The position numbers were made by a program, and so were the translations under genes. Shown piece by piece: positions 1-12,436 of a stretch of 64,000 nucleotides of DNA. The stretch lies in assembly GCF_009914755.1 (NCBI RefSeq), contig NC_060925.1; one strand, written 5' to 3'. The notes beneath the pieces were generated by a model. The model was not told the DNA's origin and did not search any database. It saw only the letters and a list, made by a program, of their open reading frames with translations. Within the stretch, counting starts at the first letter, position 1. Every line of letters begins with the position of its first letter. The stretch is from the human T2T-CHM13v2.0 reference genome, Homo sapiens.

Positions 1-1813
1 TCCAAATCTCCCAGTACAGCCCATAATACTTCTCAGGACTGCGAGTCTCTCCGCCCATCACTGTACAGCCTGGGACTCCGTCCTGGCTCACGGACCGCAG
101 CGCAGCCGGCACCCAGCCGCCTCTCCCTTTCCTCCGCACACGGGCAGCCGCGGTCCACCGTAGGGCAGTCGTCGTTGGCATCGCGCGTAATCATCGGCCG
201 GCCTCCTCCAGTGTCTCCCAGCCCTGGCGGACAGCCCGGGTCCCAGCCTAGGACCCAGGAGGATGGGTGTTCCGCGCAGCTTCCGGGGCTCTCCCCGAGT
301 CCCACCCCCCGGCCCGCCCCGATGGACTTCTCTTCGCCCACTCCCATCCCTAAACCACATCTCGGCCCCCACAGTTCCTGACATCCTTGCGCTTCACGCA
401 ACATCGCGGCCCATGATCATGCCCCAATTCCCCTCACCTCTAAGGCAGCCTTCTCCTTGCCGCCTCCCGCCTTCCGAGCGTGTGCAACTCCAATTGTCCC
501 CGGGCTCCCTTCCAGCCTCAGGACCCCATCTCACACCCGCCTCTCGCTTCCCGCTTCCCGCTCGCCTGAACCCCGCCGCCTCTGCTCCCTGTCTTGTTCC
601 CTCAGCGTGGCCCCTTCCTCCAGCCGCGGGAAGTGGGAGACGCTAGCGGGAGCTTCCTCCTCCCGGCGCTCGGAGGAAAAGGAAAGACCAAGTAGAAAGG
701 GTCGCCGCTGCGGCACGCGAGGGAGCTAGTCGCCGGGCTCCGCGCTCCCGCTTGCGTCCCTCCAGCCCCCTGGGCCTCGTCCGGGGCCGGATCTTCTCGG
801 GCACCGCCTGGTGCGAGGAGTCAGGACTGCGACCTCACCGACCTCCTCCCATCCCCAGCCTGGGATTGGGTGGGATATCTGGGATCTCTGAGCTTGGGTG
901 TCAAAAAAATATTGGGGGTGGCATTTATAGTCACTATCGTCCCTAGCTTGAGGGAGGCGACGGCTGCCTTCCGCTCGCCGCCCCCCGGTTTTCCCGGCTC
1001 CGACCCTATCCTCTAACCCGTTTCCTGCTTCAGCTGACCACATTGTTTTCCTGGATGTGTCCCGTGCCGAGCAGGCTTTTTCCTGCAGATTTGCCCCCCC
1101 CCCCCATCAACATTTTGCTGCCAAGAGAAGCTAGTAACCAAAAACAAAACAACTGGGAGGAGGGGCGGGAGAGGAAGAAAAGTTGTGCCCTGGTGGCTTA
1201 TCCCTCCCCGGCTTTGATCCCCTTTGATGTACAGGGAGGTGCCCCGGCCGGGGGTCTGGGGCCACGTCGGGGGCTAGGTCGGGAGGGCTCCCTCGGGCTG
1301 GCCGCTGCCCAGCGCTGGCGGGGCTCAGGAGGCCGCCGAGGTGCCGCAGTCCCCGCCTGGTGCCCCGCGTTCCTGCAGTCCCCGCCCGGAGCCCGCGCAG
1401 GCGGCTGCTCCAAAGTGTTTTCTTTCAGCCTTAAAATCCGGAGGGAGCTTCCTTCCTCCCCACCTCGTAGCGCCAGGCTCTGCGGGCGGGGAGACGTTAA
1501 GCGGACAGGAATGGGCCCAGGGCGGGCTCGGAACGACGTCCCCTACCCCACCCCCGCCGCGATTAGGATCTGCGCTCTGGCTGATCGCCCCCTCCCCCTT
1601 TTCCTGCATTTACAGGCAAGTGAACCGGAGCAAACGACTTCCGATCCAGTCTGCGCTGTTGCGGCTCCCGTTTGGGATTTGATTTGCAGCATCTTTGAGC
1701 CTCTACGACAAAAAACCGCGAAGCACGCCCAGCCCTCCCCCGGCACCCCGAAAAGCACCCACTCCCTCCCGGGGACACAGCTGGGCGCGTCCACACCCCC
1801 GCAGCCCCACACC

Positions 1814-1855
1814 ATGTTGTGCGGAAGGACTTCCACTCCCCGCCTGTGTCGTTGA
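1814..1855 (+). other. uORF1 (MLCGRTSTPRLCR, 13 aa)
   Basis: CACCATGT context (A at -3). The TGA at 1853-1855 overlaps the next ATG. Confidence 0.75.
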
Positions 1856-1902
1856 TGTCAGACCCCAGGCCAGCCTCCGGGCGCTGCAGTTCTCCCGGCT
1901 AA
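1855..1902 (+). other. uORF2 (MSDPRPASGRCSSPG, 15 aa)
   Basis: ATG within TGATG. The TAA at 1900-1902 overlaps the next ATG. Confidence 0.7.
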
Positions 1903-1928
1903 TGCTGAGGCTGCGGCTCCGGCTCTAG
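1902..1928 (+). other. uORF3 (MLRLRLRL, 8 aa)
   Basis: ATG within TAATG; ends TAG at 1926-1928. Confidence 0.7.
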
Positions 1929-1976
1929 CACAGGCACCAGCCGCCGCCGCACCCGGCCCCAGCGCCCACCGTCTGC

Positions 1977-1991
1977 ATGTGCCCGCCGTAG
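1977..1991 (+). other. uORF4 (MCPP)
   Basis: ATG TGC CCG CCG TAG. Confidence 0.7.
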
Positions 1992-2157
1992 CCGTCTGCC
2001 CAGCCCGCAGCCCGCGCTCCACGGAGCGCTGGAGACCACCGTGGGGGGCCCCTTCTGCCCTCGAGAGAAGCGGTCTTGGAGGTATTGATTTAGGTGGTTG
2101 GATTTTTTCCGTGGATCTATCAATTCACAATTCGAATTTGGAAGAAAGAAGGAAAAC

Positions 2158-2224
2158 ATGACGTCTCCAGCCAAATTCAAAAAGGATAAGGAGATCATAG
2201 CAGAGTACGATACTCAGGTCAAAG
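2158..2224 (+). CDS. SRGAP2: First coding exon of SLIT-ROBO Rho GTPase-activating protein 2 or a paralog (SRGAP2B/C/D); N-terminus leading into the F-BAR domain
   Basis: Translates to MTSPAKFKKDKEIIAEYDTQVK plus 1 nt, the SRGAP2 N-terminus as I recognise it. Ends at a strong donor AAG|GTAAGG (2225). Too short for the ORF track. Confidence 0.96.
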
Positions 2225-4239
2225 GTAAGGGCTTTGAAAAATAGCACACTGCAAATGCTCTGTGGACTGGTGAGGCGTGTATTTCCACCGTGATTTGCAG
2301 GTTGTTCATTTCTTTGGGTGGAGCAGATGGGGGCAGGCTGACCCCAGAGGTGGTTTCATAGATGGGTCTGAACCTCCAAAGGATGGGCAATGCCAGGGGG
2401 CCATTGACACTGGAAAGGAATTTTTGCAGTGGGCTGTAGGAGTATCTTTGTGGGGCTGACCATGATTTTGGCAGCCCTTTCCCCCCCAAGCCGGACAGGG
2501 TGGGGGGAGGGGCAGGAGGCTCTTAGAGAAAGGCAGTTTGCCTCCGGTTCTCTGGGTCAGGTTTCCTTGAAAGACAACTGAAATCTGACAGGTGTTTGGA
2601 CATTTGTTTCAGAGATTGAAGAGGAGTCCAGACAGAAAGGCAACCTTGGGAAGGTGTACCATTTGGAGAGCCTTGGGAGAGGCGGGGTTTTTCGGATGCA
2701 CTATATTAAAACATGAGATTTGCAATGGCATTGGCACCAAAAGTCCATTGCCACCTTGGGTGTACCTTGTACCTGCCTGGTCTCTGGTCGGCCTGCATAC
2801 AATCAGAGATCAGAGAATAAGGCCACCCACGCCCGGTCTCCGCCCTCACCTAAATCTGAATAGAGTTGGGAGGATGTTAGGGTAGCCGGTTGGTGCTGAT
2901 TCTGGAAAATGGGAAGACATAATTGTTTAACCCTTCTGTGCTGTGGCCCTCTGCTCCGGAAGACATGCTTTTAAAGCCCCATTTCCCTCTCCTGAAAAAT
3001 GTGAAGGGTAAAGCAAAATGTGGACTAGGAGAAACCAAGTGACCTGTCTTCTCATCTAGTCGACTGACTTGACTCATGAATAAGAGCCCTTACTCAGATA
3101 GCGTTTTTTAAACCAGCAGTTCCCATAGGAAGGGTTCCTGCCTGTTAAAGAGCTGCAGCATGTGTTTGTGCAAGGCACTGTCCCTTCCTGGTCAGTCACT
3201 GGAAAGAGCCATGTGGCTCCAGCCCATTGAGACCTTAGCTGGGGAGTGGAAGAGGTGGGTGGCCTTGAATGTTACACCACATGGTTGGAGCTCTGGGTTT
3301 TCCTTTGTTTCAGAGTACAGAGGGAGGGGCCCCTCCTTTCCCTGCACCAGTGCAAGGAGACCTTTTCCTATCAGAGAGGACTTGGGAAGGGCCATGGCTC
3401 CCCTCTAATGATTGCTGGGGGGTGGGGGTAGGTGTAGAGTTTGAAATGGGCAGCTCCCTTATCTCTTGGAAGGTTGGAAGGTAGTCTGAAGTCCTCATTG
3501 TACCTACAGGATCTTTTTTATGTCATTAGTTTGGTCAGTGCTGGAGGTGCCCTAAGGGGCCTTCTATCCACTTGGCTGCAAATATTGGTAGGTTTATTAC
3601 AGAGATGGGGGAGTTGACTGATTGATAGCTTCAGTTGAACTGGGATTGAGAGAGGTGTGGTTGTGAGTTATTATTGAGGTCTTGGCCTCTTGTCACTGTT
3701 CATAATCCAGGCTTGTTTTTGTAAACAATAGGCCACTGGCCTCCATGTCCTGTCCAGATGCATTGCATTTGCTCTTGGAATCCCCCCTGCAGTTTTAACC
3801 AGATATGTCTTTTTTTTTTTTTTTTTTTAACACATCCTATTCTTAAACTGTTGCCATCGGGAGTGTTAATAACTTTGATCTTCCCAGATTTCTCTCCAGA
3901 AGCACGCCATTTGACTAAGGTGCAAAGTGACTTTAAATGTTTAATTTTTGGAAGGTTCAAGGCTGATAGGTGTTAATAGAACCATATCTGCCAATTTCTT
4001 ATTGGCAAAGGATTTCTCAAGAGTGTCTCAAAATTAAACACTTTGGATATTTACAAACATTGCTCATTGAGATGATGTAATGCAGTCGGCTATTTGGGTT
4101 CTCTCTTCAACCTTGCCACAAACAGACTATTTTGCTTTGCTCTGATATTTTCCCATTGATACTATTCAGGATCATAGAATTTTATAGGTGGCTGAGCATG
4201 ATGTCTTACTCCGAGAAGGTGCCTGATGAATGCTTATGG

Positions 4240-4680
4240 AACTGATTTGAATAGTTTAGTCCTTCATTTTACAGCTGAGGAGAATACAGAGAACTGAAGA
4301 GGCTTGTCCAAGGTCACACGGCTAGATGGTGGCAGATCTGAAACTAGAAGCAGATTTACCAACTCTCAATTCTCTATTCTGTATCTTTACTATGAAACAT
4401 CATCTGACCAGGGTGGAAAAAAATAAAAAATTCTTAAGGAGCCCAAATCTGTCAATGAATAATAATAGTAATAATGATAATGATAATAGATTACATTTTG
4501 GTTGCTCATTATGTTCCAGTCCATCCCAAGTGCTTTAAATGAATGGTCTGGTTTAATCCTTACCTCAACCCAGGAAATGGGTATTATTGTCACCTTCCAT
4601 TCACCATATAAGGAAACTGAGGCTTAGAGAGGATGAGAAGCCCTTCCAAGGTCACACAGCCAAACCATGGCAGCTTGACT
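4240..4680. mobile_element. MIR SINE fragments (two)
   Basis: MIR core phrases CATTTTACAG..GAGG, GGAAACTGAGGCTTAGAGAGG and CCAAGGTCACACAGC. Confidence 0.75.
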
Positions 4681-5029
4681 TCATTCCTTTATTCATTAAC
4701 TATTTATTGAGTGCTTGCTGTGTGTTCTGGTGATTGGCCATACAGCTGTGAAGAAGAAAAAGTCTCTACCCTCATGGAGCTTATATTCTGGAAGCTGGGC
4801 TCTCTATGGAACAGCACAGAATTTGGAGACAAAGGGCCTGCGATCTGGTTTGGCTCTGCCCCCGACTAGCTAGAAGCCCTGGGTCAGAATTATTATGAGT
4901 GTCAGCTTTTTGTGTGTTATATGGGACTCATGGTGCTGCCAGACTTACTTCTCTTACAGATGCCAAGATAAAAAGAAAATTGCTGTAACAGCTATGCAGT
5001 TTGGTTTGGTTGTTAAGTGCAATTTTTAG

Positions 5030-5230
5030 AGTCAAAGTGATTCAGGTTTAAATCTTGGTTCTGACAGTAGCTAGCCTTTCACTTCAGGCAAGTTACATGA
5101 CTTGTCTGAGCCTCAGTTTCCTTATTTGGAAAATAGGTAAAATAAAATACATTTCCTAAGATAGTAGTGAGTTGTTGATGAGATATATAAATTATTTAGA
5201 ACAGTATCTTGCACTTGTAAGTGCTCAATA
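5030..5230. mobile_element. MIR SINE
   Basis: GGCAAGTTAC...CTGAGCCTCAGTTTCC...AAGTGCTCAATAA. Confidence 0.75.
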
Positions 5231-5868
5231 ATGGTACGGTCTACTTCTCTGTGAGCCTTTCTTTTGCTGAATTGGGCTGACTATTGAGGCTGCATTGCAT
5301 ATTCACTCCCAAAGTGCCAGCTATTAAATGATAGGAAATAAGTAAGGAATGAAACTTAAGTTCTAGCTTAAGATCATTTAGTTGTAACAAAACATCTTGG
5401 GTCAGTCACTTAAACCCTCTGGACATCAGTTTCTTTTTCTGTCAGTGAACAAGTAAACTAATTATTGGCCACTGTGGTTCGGCCTGTCTTTGACCAGAGT
5501 CCCAGGTCCTGTTTTTTCAATCAGAATTGTTTGAGTCAAATGGACTCTAAATGGGACCCTCATCTCATGGGACTTTCTGGGACCCTCCCTATCCCTTGAT
5601 TTTTGCCTCCCTATAAACCACCTGCTTGCATGTGCCCTGAGGAACTCCTGAGGCTTCAGCCCCAACCCTACCCCAGAGTGGTTTTATGAGGGGTGTGCCT
5701 CCTTAGTCAGCCTGCCTTGTAGTGTCTTCTTAAAAACCATCATTGTTTCTGGTTTGTGGGTGCCCAGATTCCTTGGAAAGTTCATGCCTCTCAATGTCTG
5801 ACTTGAAAGCAATAATATTCTTAGTCTTTTTACATAGCTCTTTCCAATTTACATTATGCTTTCATATG

Positions 5869-6216
5869 TAGTTGTCCGTCAGTATCCTCAGGGGATTGGT
5901 TCAAGGACTACCCCCACTTCCCCCAGGATACCAAAATCTGCAGATGCTCAAGTCCCTGATAACTAATGGTGTGGTATTTGCGTATAACCTATGTACACAC
6001 GTCCTTCTGTATACTTTAAATCATCTCTAGATTACTTATAATACCTAATACAGTGTAAATGCTATGTAAATAGTTGTTATACTGCTTTTAAAATTTGTAT
6101 TATTTTAAATTGTTGTATTGGTATTTTTATTGTTTTTTTTTTTTTCTTGAATATTTTCCATTCCCATTTGGTTGAATCTGCAGATATGGAACCTGCAGGT
6201 ATGGGGAGGGCTGATG
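5869..6216. mobile_element. MER2-like TcMar-Tigger DNA transposon (non-autonomous)
   Basis: Degenerate terminal inverted repeats (AGTTGTCCGTCAGTATCC ... GGTATGGGGAGGGCTGATG-TA) and the MER2-typical interior ACTTTAAATCATCTCTAGATTACTTATAATACCTAATAC. Confidence 0.85.
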
Positions 6217-6591
6217 TACATTAATCTCTGGAAATTCTTTACAACCCTGGTCAGATTCATGGTCATAAACTGAAGCCTTTGGCCTCTAGCCTGTTAGCTT
6301 GTTGCTGGGATTGGAGCAGCGAAGGTGGTAAGTTGCAGGGCATGGTTACCAGGGTTGTGAATCTGGGTGGTATTTGGGTGAATACACATGACTGTATACA
6401 GTCCCAGCTATTGTTCTTTCCTTATTTAAGGCCCCTTTCCTTTACCCTCTCTATACCTTGAGTTTTTACAGTCTCCCAGAAAGCTTGAGATTGACAGTTC
6501 ATGCAAATATTCCAGAAGAAATAGTCTGAAACAGGGTGGCACTGTATGCTGAGCAGTCACATTTTCTTTCTCGAGAACATTAGGGGTCTTG

Positions 6592-6622
<31 letters not shown>

Positions 6623-6931
6623 TGTCTTAGGAGAACAGTGTGTGTGCACCACAGAGCTGGAAGCGAAATTTTGTAATTTCCATCTGGAGCATTTTGATAG
6701 AAAAAGTGCAGGCCTTTGCTTGGAACAGTTTAACCCTTTCAGGACCCTTCAAGAGCAGGAGATGAAATTTAAAACTGGAGTCGTATTGTGTGTGTATATA
6801 TACTTGGGAATGTTGATGGCTGGTATATAAACAAGCTCTTTCCCTTGGGAGGTCTGAGCAGTTTTTCATTCATGCCAACAAAGGTCTTCTCCAAAGCTTC
6901 TTTCCTCACAGCTCCCATTCCCCAAGGGAGC

Positions 6932-6987
6932 TTTAAATATAATCAGTTAATCAGTTTTAAATATAATCAGTTAAATATAGTCAGTTT
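6932..6987. repeat. Short imperfect tandem repeat of TTAAATATAATCAG
   Basis: Three to four degenerate copies visible. Confidence 0.75.
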
Positions 6988-7894
6988 GAAAAGCTGCAGT
7001 AAAACATTTAGTTGGAATCCTCAAGCAGATGCTATCATTTTCCTGCAAGATGATTGAGGGCTCCTGTCCCTTGCTCAGGGGAAAAAACAACAACAAAAAA
7101 AGCTACTCTGCAGCAGTAAGGTGAACTGGAAGAAAATGAAACTCTTGGAAACTTTCAAGTACCATACTCTGCATCTTGCAATTGAAAGACCCTAGAGGAA
7201 GGTGGTGGGCAAGGAGCCAGGGGATGCAGTGTACTGTGCAAAGAAGCAGTAGTTGGAAACAGTGTTCATGAGGGGTCCTTAGCTTTTTCAATTTCAGGTG
7301 TTCTTGGGGAATGAGAACAGAAATTTCCTTTGAAGAAGCCTATCTGGTAATTGTGGCCACATCCGTTATGTATCATGCAGGTTGAAAACTTAGACAGGCT
7401 CTGATGATTTCTCTGCTATGAGGTGTCCAGAGATGGACCTGGCTGCAGTATGTAGGCGCCCTCACTATTAAAATCAGCAGGTACCCAGACCCTGACTCCC
7501 ATTATTCACTCCAGATAAACTGGGCTACCCAGTGGCACCTGTAGAGTTGTCCTTCCAGAAGTGAGAATGCTTCATGGGAATTGTGCTTACCTTATACCCT
7601 TGACCTCTGACAGCTACATTAGGAAAATATGTCATATTGCAGGGAAAAAGCAGTTGATATGTAGATTTCTGGTAGTAATAAAATTAGCAGTTTTAACCTG
7701 GTGTCAGCTCCAGAATTGACTTTTTGGGGAATCTGGGAAAGTTGCCTTGGAAGTTGTTAGGTTTAAACATAAGTAATAACAGCACTTAAAAGCATTTTAA
7801 AAAATTACAAAATTAACACCCTTACTGATTTTACAATAATGTGTAGGAACTCTCATATCTCCCTCACTCTCTGTAATTGTGGTAGAATACACAG

Positions 7895-8350
7895 GAGGTT
7901 GACCATCTTAACCATTCTAGAGTACAGTTCAGTAGCATTAAGTACATTCACATTGTTGTGCAGCCATCACTACCATCCATCTAAATGACTCTTTTCATCT
8001 TGCAAAACTGAAACTTTATACCCATTAAACAACAGCTCCCTATTCCCTCCTGCCCCTGTCTCTGGCAAGCACCATTGTACTTTGTCTCTATTTGATAACT
8101 CCAGATACTGCAGGTAAGTGGAATCATATTGTATATATTTTTTGTTACTGGCTTATTTCACTTCCTATAATGTCCTCAAAGTTCATCCATGTTGTAGCAT
8201 ATGTCCAAATTTCTTTCTTTTTTAAGGTTGAATAATATTTAATTGTATGTATGTACCCCATTTTGTTTACCCATTCGTTCATTGATGAACACTTGGGTTG
8301 TTTCCACCTTTTGCCTATTTTGAATAATGCTGCTGTGAACATAGGTGTAA
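7895..8350 (-). mobile_element. Old L1 (L1M/L1MB-type) 3' fragment
   Basis: Antisense L1 3' sequence. The minus-strand ORF 8145-8438 contains the L1 ORF2 C-terminal-like PMFTAALFKIGKRWKQPKC. Confidence 0.85.
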
Positions 8351-8360
8351 CATAGGGGTG

Positions 8361-8586
8361 TTCTTTTTTCTTTTTTCTTTTTTTTTTCAGATGGGGTCTC
8401 ACTCTGTCACCCAGGCTGGATTGCAGTGGCTTGATCACGGCTCACTGCAGCCTTGACCTCCTGGGCTCAAGTGATCCTCCCACCTCAGCCTCCGAAGTAG
8501 CTGGGGCTATAGGCACATGCCACCACACCCAGCTAGTTTTAAAATTTTTTGTAGAGATGAAGTCTCCCTACATTGCCCAGGCTGGT
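8361..8586 (-). mobile_element. Alu (AluJ-like), partial
   Basis: T-rich tail followed by antisense Alu right arm and part of the left arm. Confidence 0.9.
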
Positions 8587-8779
8587 TATTTTTTTTTTAA
8601 AAGGTACACTATACCAAAGTTTTACAAGCCTGTATATACATTTCTATATAATCACTTGTCCTGATAAATTTTTTAAATTTAAGGTTTTAATATGTGCATT
8701 AGCTTGTATATTAGTATATTATTAATTATAAAGTTGTACACCTTTTAATAATTACATGAATTACTAAACTTTTACCATA

Positions 8780-8930
8780 TTTTTAATAGCTTTATTGAGA
8801 TTTAATTGACATTTAATAAATTGCACATATTTAAGGTATACAATTTGATAGGCTTTGACATATATAATACCCATGAAACCAGCACAATCAAGATAGTGAA
8901 TGTAATCATTACCCCCAAAGTTTCTTCATT
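8780..8930 (-). mobile_element. L1M 3'-end fragment
   Basis: TTTTTAATAGCTTTATTGAGAT...TTGCACATATTTAAGGTATACAATTTGAT, the antisense old-L1 terminus. Confidence 0.75.
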
Positions 8931-8941
8931 ATAATGTATTA

Positions 8942-9532
<591 letters not shown>

Positions 9533-9772
9533 TAATAATTATGTTATAGAAGAGGCATTAACTTCAAGATAACTAAATGAAAGCCTGGTATTAACAAATT
9601 TTAAAAAGTAACAAATAAATAATGATCTAAGCTACCCAGATTAGTTTCTGGAAAATTTGTTTAACCAAGACAATCTCCAAGGAAAGTCAGGCTAATAATT
9701 GTGTCTCAGCCGTTACTCTGCTTTTAGGAGGGAAGGTACAGGATGGAGTGAGAAAGAAAAGAAAAAAAATCA

Positions 9773-10165
<393 letters not shown>

Positions 10166-10469
10166 TCATGCCTTTTTAGAAGGGGTCACAAATAAGCCAG
10201 ATGTCAAGGAGAGGGGCTAGAGGCTCCCACTGGAGATCTACTCAGAATGTTCTTAATATGGCTTCTTTCTTCTAATGATTGACTCCCTATTGCCTGCTAA
10301 ATACAGACCAACTTTCTAAGGTAGACATGAACTTCATTCTCAATCTGACTGCAACCTATTGTTTCGACCACATTTCTTATTTTGCTTTAAGAGGACTGGA
10401 AGCCTAACTTGACTGCTTACCATTCTTTAAACACATAGACTACTAGCTAACATTTGCTGTCTGTTGGAT

Positions 10470-10680
10470 GTTTACCACTTACTAAGCATTATGCTAAATA
10501 CTTTATATAGATTATTCCATAATCCTTACTCCAACTTTAGGAAAAAGATGTTACTAGTATCCCATTTTACTGATGAAAAAAGTGAGGTGTAGGACATTCA
10601 GTTATTTCTCCAGGGTCTGCAGCTGGTGAATAATGGAATAGGAACCTTGGTTGTCGCCAGAGTCTAAGTTCTACGTGTTG
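10470..10680. mobile_element. MIR SINE
   Basis: Degenerate MIR core TATCCCATTTTACTGATGAAAAAAGTGAGG. Confidence 0.6.
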
Positions 10681-10749
10681 CTCATGAAATGCCCCTTTTT
10701 CGCTGCGCAGTCCCGTATCTTCACCTATTGAAATCTCATCCTTCTGCTG

Positions 10750-11013
<264 letters not shown>

Positions 11014-11229
11014 GAAATCTCACCTTTCTGGTAAAGCCCAACGTTTCTGGGATTCCTTCCTTAATTGCTCTGACCAGAAATAACCCTTCTCTCTATTTCA
11101 CCCACACAGTTCTTCTCTTAATAGATCTCATATGGCATTGATCTCATACTGCCTTATGTTTGGAATATTTGTATTTCATTCTTTTTTCTTCTACCAGACT
11201 TCTGAATGTAGGAATGTTTTGAAGTTGTG

Positions 11230-11450
11230 TAGTGCAATGCAAAGAATACAGGCTCTGGAACCAGCCCTCAGTTGGAGTCTTGTCAGCATCACCTCCTTGC
11301 TGTGTGACCTTGCTGAAGTCACTCAACTTCTCTTCCAAGCCTCCTTTTCTGTGATGTGGAGATAATGAGACCTGCCTTGCTATTAATTGCAGTTGTGTTA
11401 AGAGTACTGGCTCAGTGTATGGCAAATATTAAATGCTAAATAAATAGCTT
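11230..11450. mobile_element. MIR SINE
   Basis: GGCTCTGGAACCAG...GCTGTGTGACCTTG... Confidence 0.6.
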
Positions 11451-11779
11451 ATTATAAGGTCCCTTCAGATAGGAAACGTGTCTGGAAGACTATTGTAGCT
11501 CAAATGGTGGCTCTCAGTAAACACTTATTGTCTGTAGTACTGAATGAATGGATGACCTAACTACTACAAATAATCTTTTAGAAATAGTTTAATTGTATCT
11601 TGACACTGTGTCTTGCACAATGTCACCAGAGTGATTTTTAAAAACTCATTTTTTTTTTGCTAACATCGTAGCATAAAAGACTGTTAATATTAATCACTTC
11701 CCACTTACCCTGCTTACATTTTATACTGCCTTACAGCTGAACTGCCTCTAGTTTCCTTTCTTTATCATGTTGTGTCATG

Positions 11780-12170
11780 GTTTGTGCTGTATCCATGCTG
11801 TGCCCTCTCTTTGGAATGGGTCCTCTTCCTTGAACCTGTAAAACTTATTCATCCTTTAAAGCAGCTCAGATGCCACCCCTCCAGGAAGCCTTCCCTGCTC
11901 CCCTGTGCGGGATCCCAAGCAGGATTCCTCAGCATCTCCCCTTGCCTTCTGCACAGAGTTCATCAGTATGCTCTCAGCATCTCCTCTGCAGTGTCTTTGT
12001 ACACTCTTGTATTATTGCACTCATCATATTACATTGCGATCTCTTCATTTACATCTCTTTGTTTACAACTCACTGAGCACCTTCAGGAAAGAATGGTCTT
12101 TTATTCATTTCTGCATGTCCAGCTCCTGACACATAGTAAGCACTACAATGTTTATAAGTTGAATTGAACT
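11780..12170 (+). mobile_element. L2 LINE 3' fragment
   Basis: CTCCAGGAAGCCTTCCCTG ... CCTGACACATAGTAAGCAC ... GTTGAATTGAA terminus. Confidence 0.65.
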
Positions 12171-12395
12171 GTCTTCTGAGTTGAGTTTGGATGTGATAGT
12201 GCCATGATGGCACGCTTCTGCATTTCTCCCCGACTCCAGTAAGAAACCCATGCCCTATGTTAATATTATTTGAAATTTGATATAGATTAAACTTTGTGAA
12301 TATATTTGCATTATACAAGGACAAGTACAAACTACATAGCCTTATGGATCCTCCCCCACGGGGGTGTGTTTCTCCTTAAATTTATTGCTGGCACA

Positions 12396-12436
12396 GCCCT
12401 CTTTAGAATCACTGCCCTCTTTAGAGTCACTGCCCT
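12396..12436. repeat. 18-bp tandem duplication GCCCTCTTTAGA(A/G)TCACT, about 2.3 copies
   Basis: Read directly. Confidence 0.85.

Larger units (their letters stand above)
40..2080. promoter_or_regulatory. CpG island / promoter region, probably the shared FAM72-SRGAP2 bidirectional promoter
   Basis: Very high GC and dense CpG, dropping abruptly after ~2100. Contains GC boxes and E2F-type cores (TTCCCGC 548-554 and 555-561, GCGGGAA 626-632). Head-to-head arrangement with FAM72 is established knowledge, not seen directly. Confidence 0.85.
1616..2157 (+). other. SRGAP2: 5' UTR part of the first coding exon of an SRGAP2-family gene
   Basis: Polypyrimidine tract and acceptor CCTCCCCCTTTTCCTGCATTTACAG ending at 1615, continuous to the ATG at 2158. 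Confidence 0.8.

Noticed and set aside
33-1855. Long ORFs in the CpG island, such as 1043-1855 (270 aa) and 33-404
   Set aside because: Pro/Gly/Arg-rich products expected from GC-rich DNA, several with non-ATG starts. None resembles FAM72 or any protein I recognise, and 1043-1855 crosses a splice acceptor.
2041-2157. GUG-initiated N-terminal extension of SRGAP2
   Set aside because: In frame with the main ATG but blocked by TGA at 2086-2088.
8105-8120. CAG|GTAAGT as a recursive splice site; similar AG|GT at about 35488, 56467 and 57730
   Set aside because: Each lacks either a good polypyrimidine tract or a strong donor, and the first lies within an L1 fragment.
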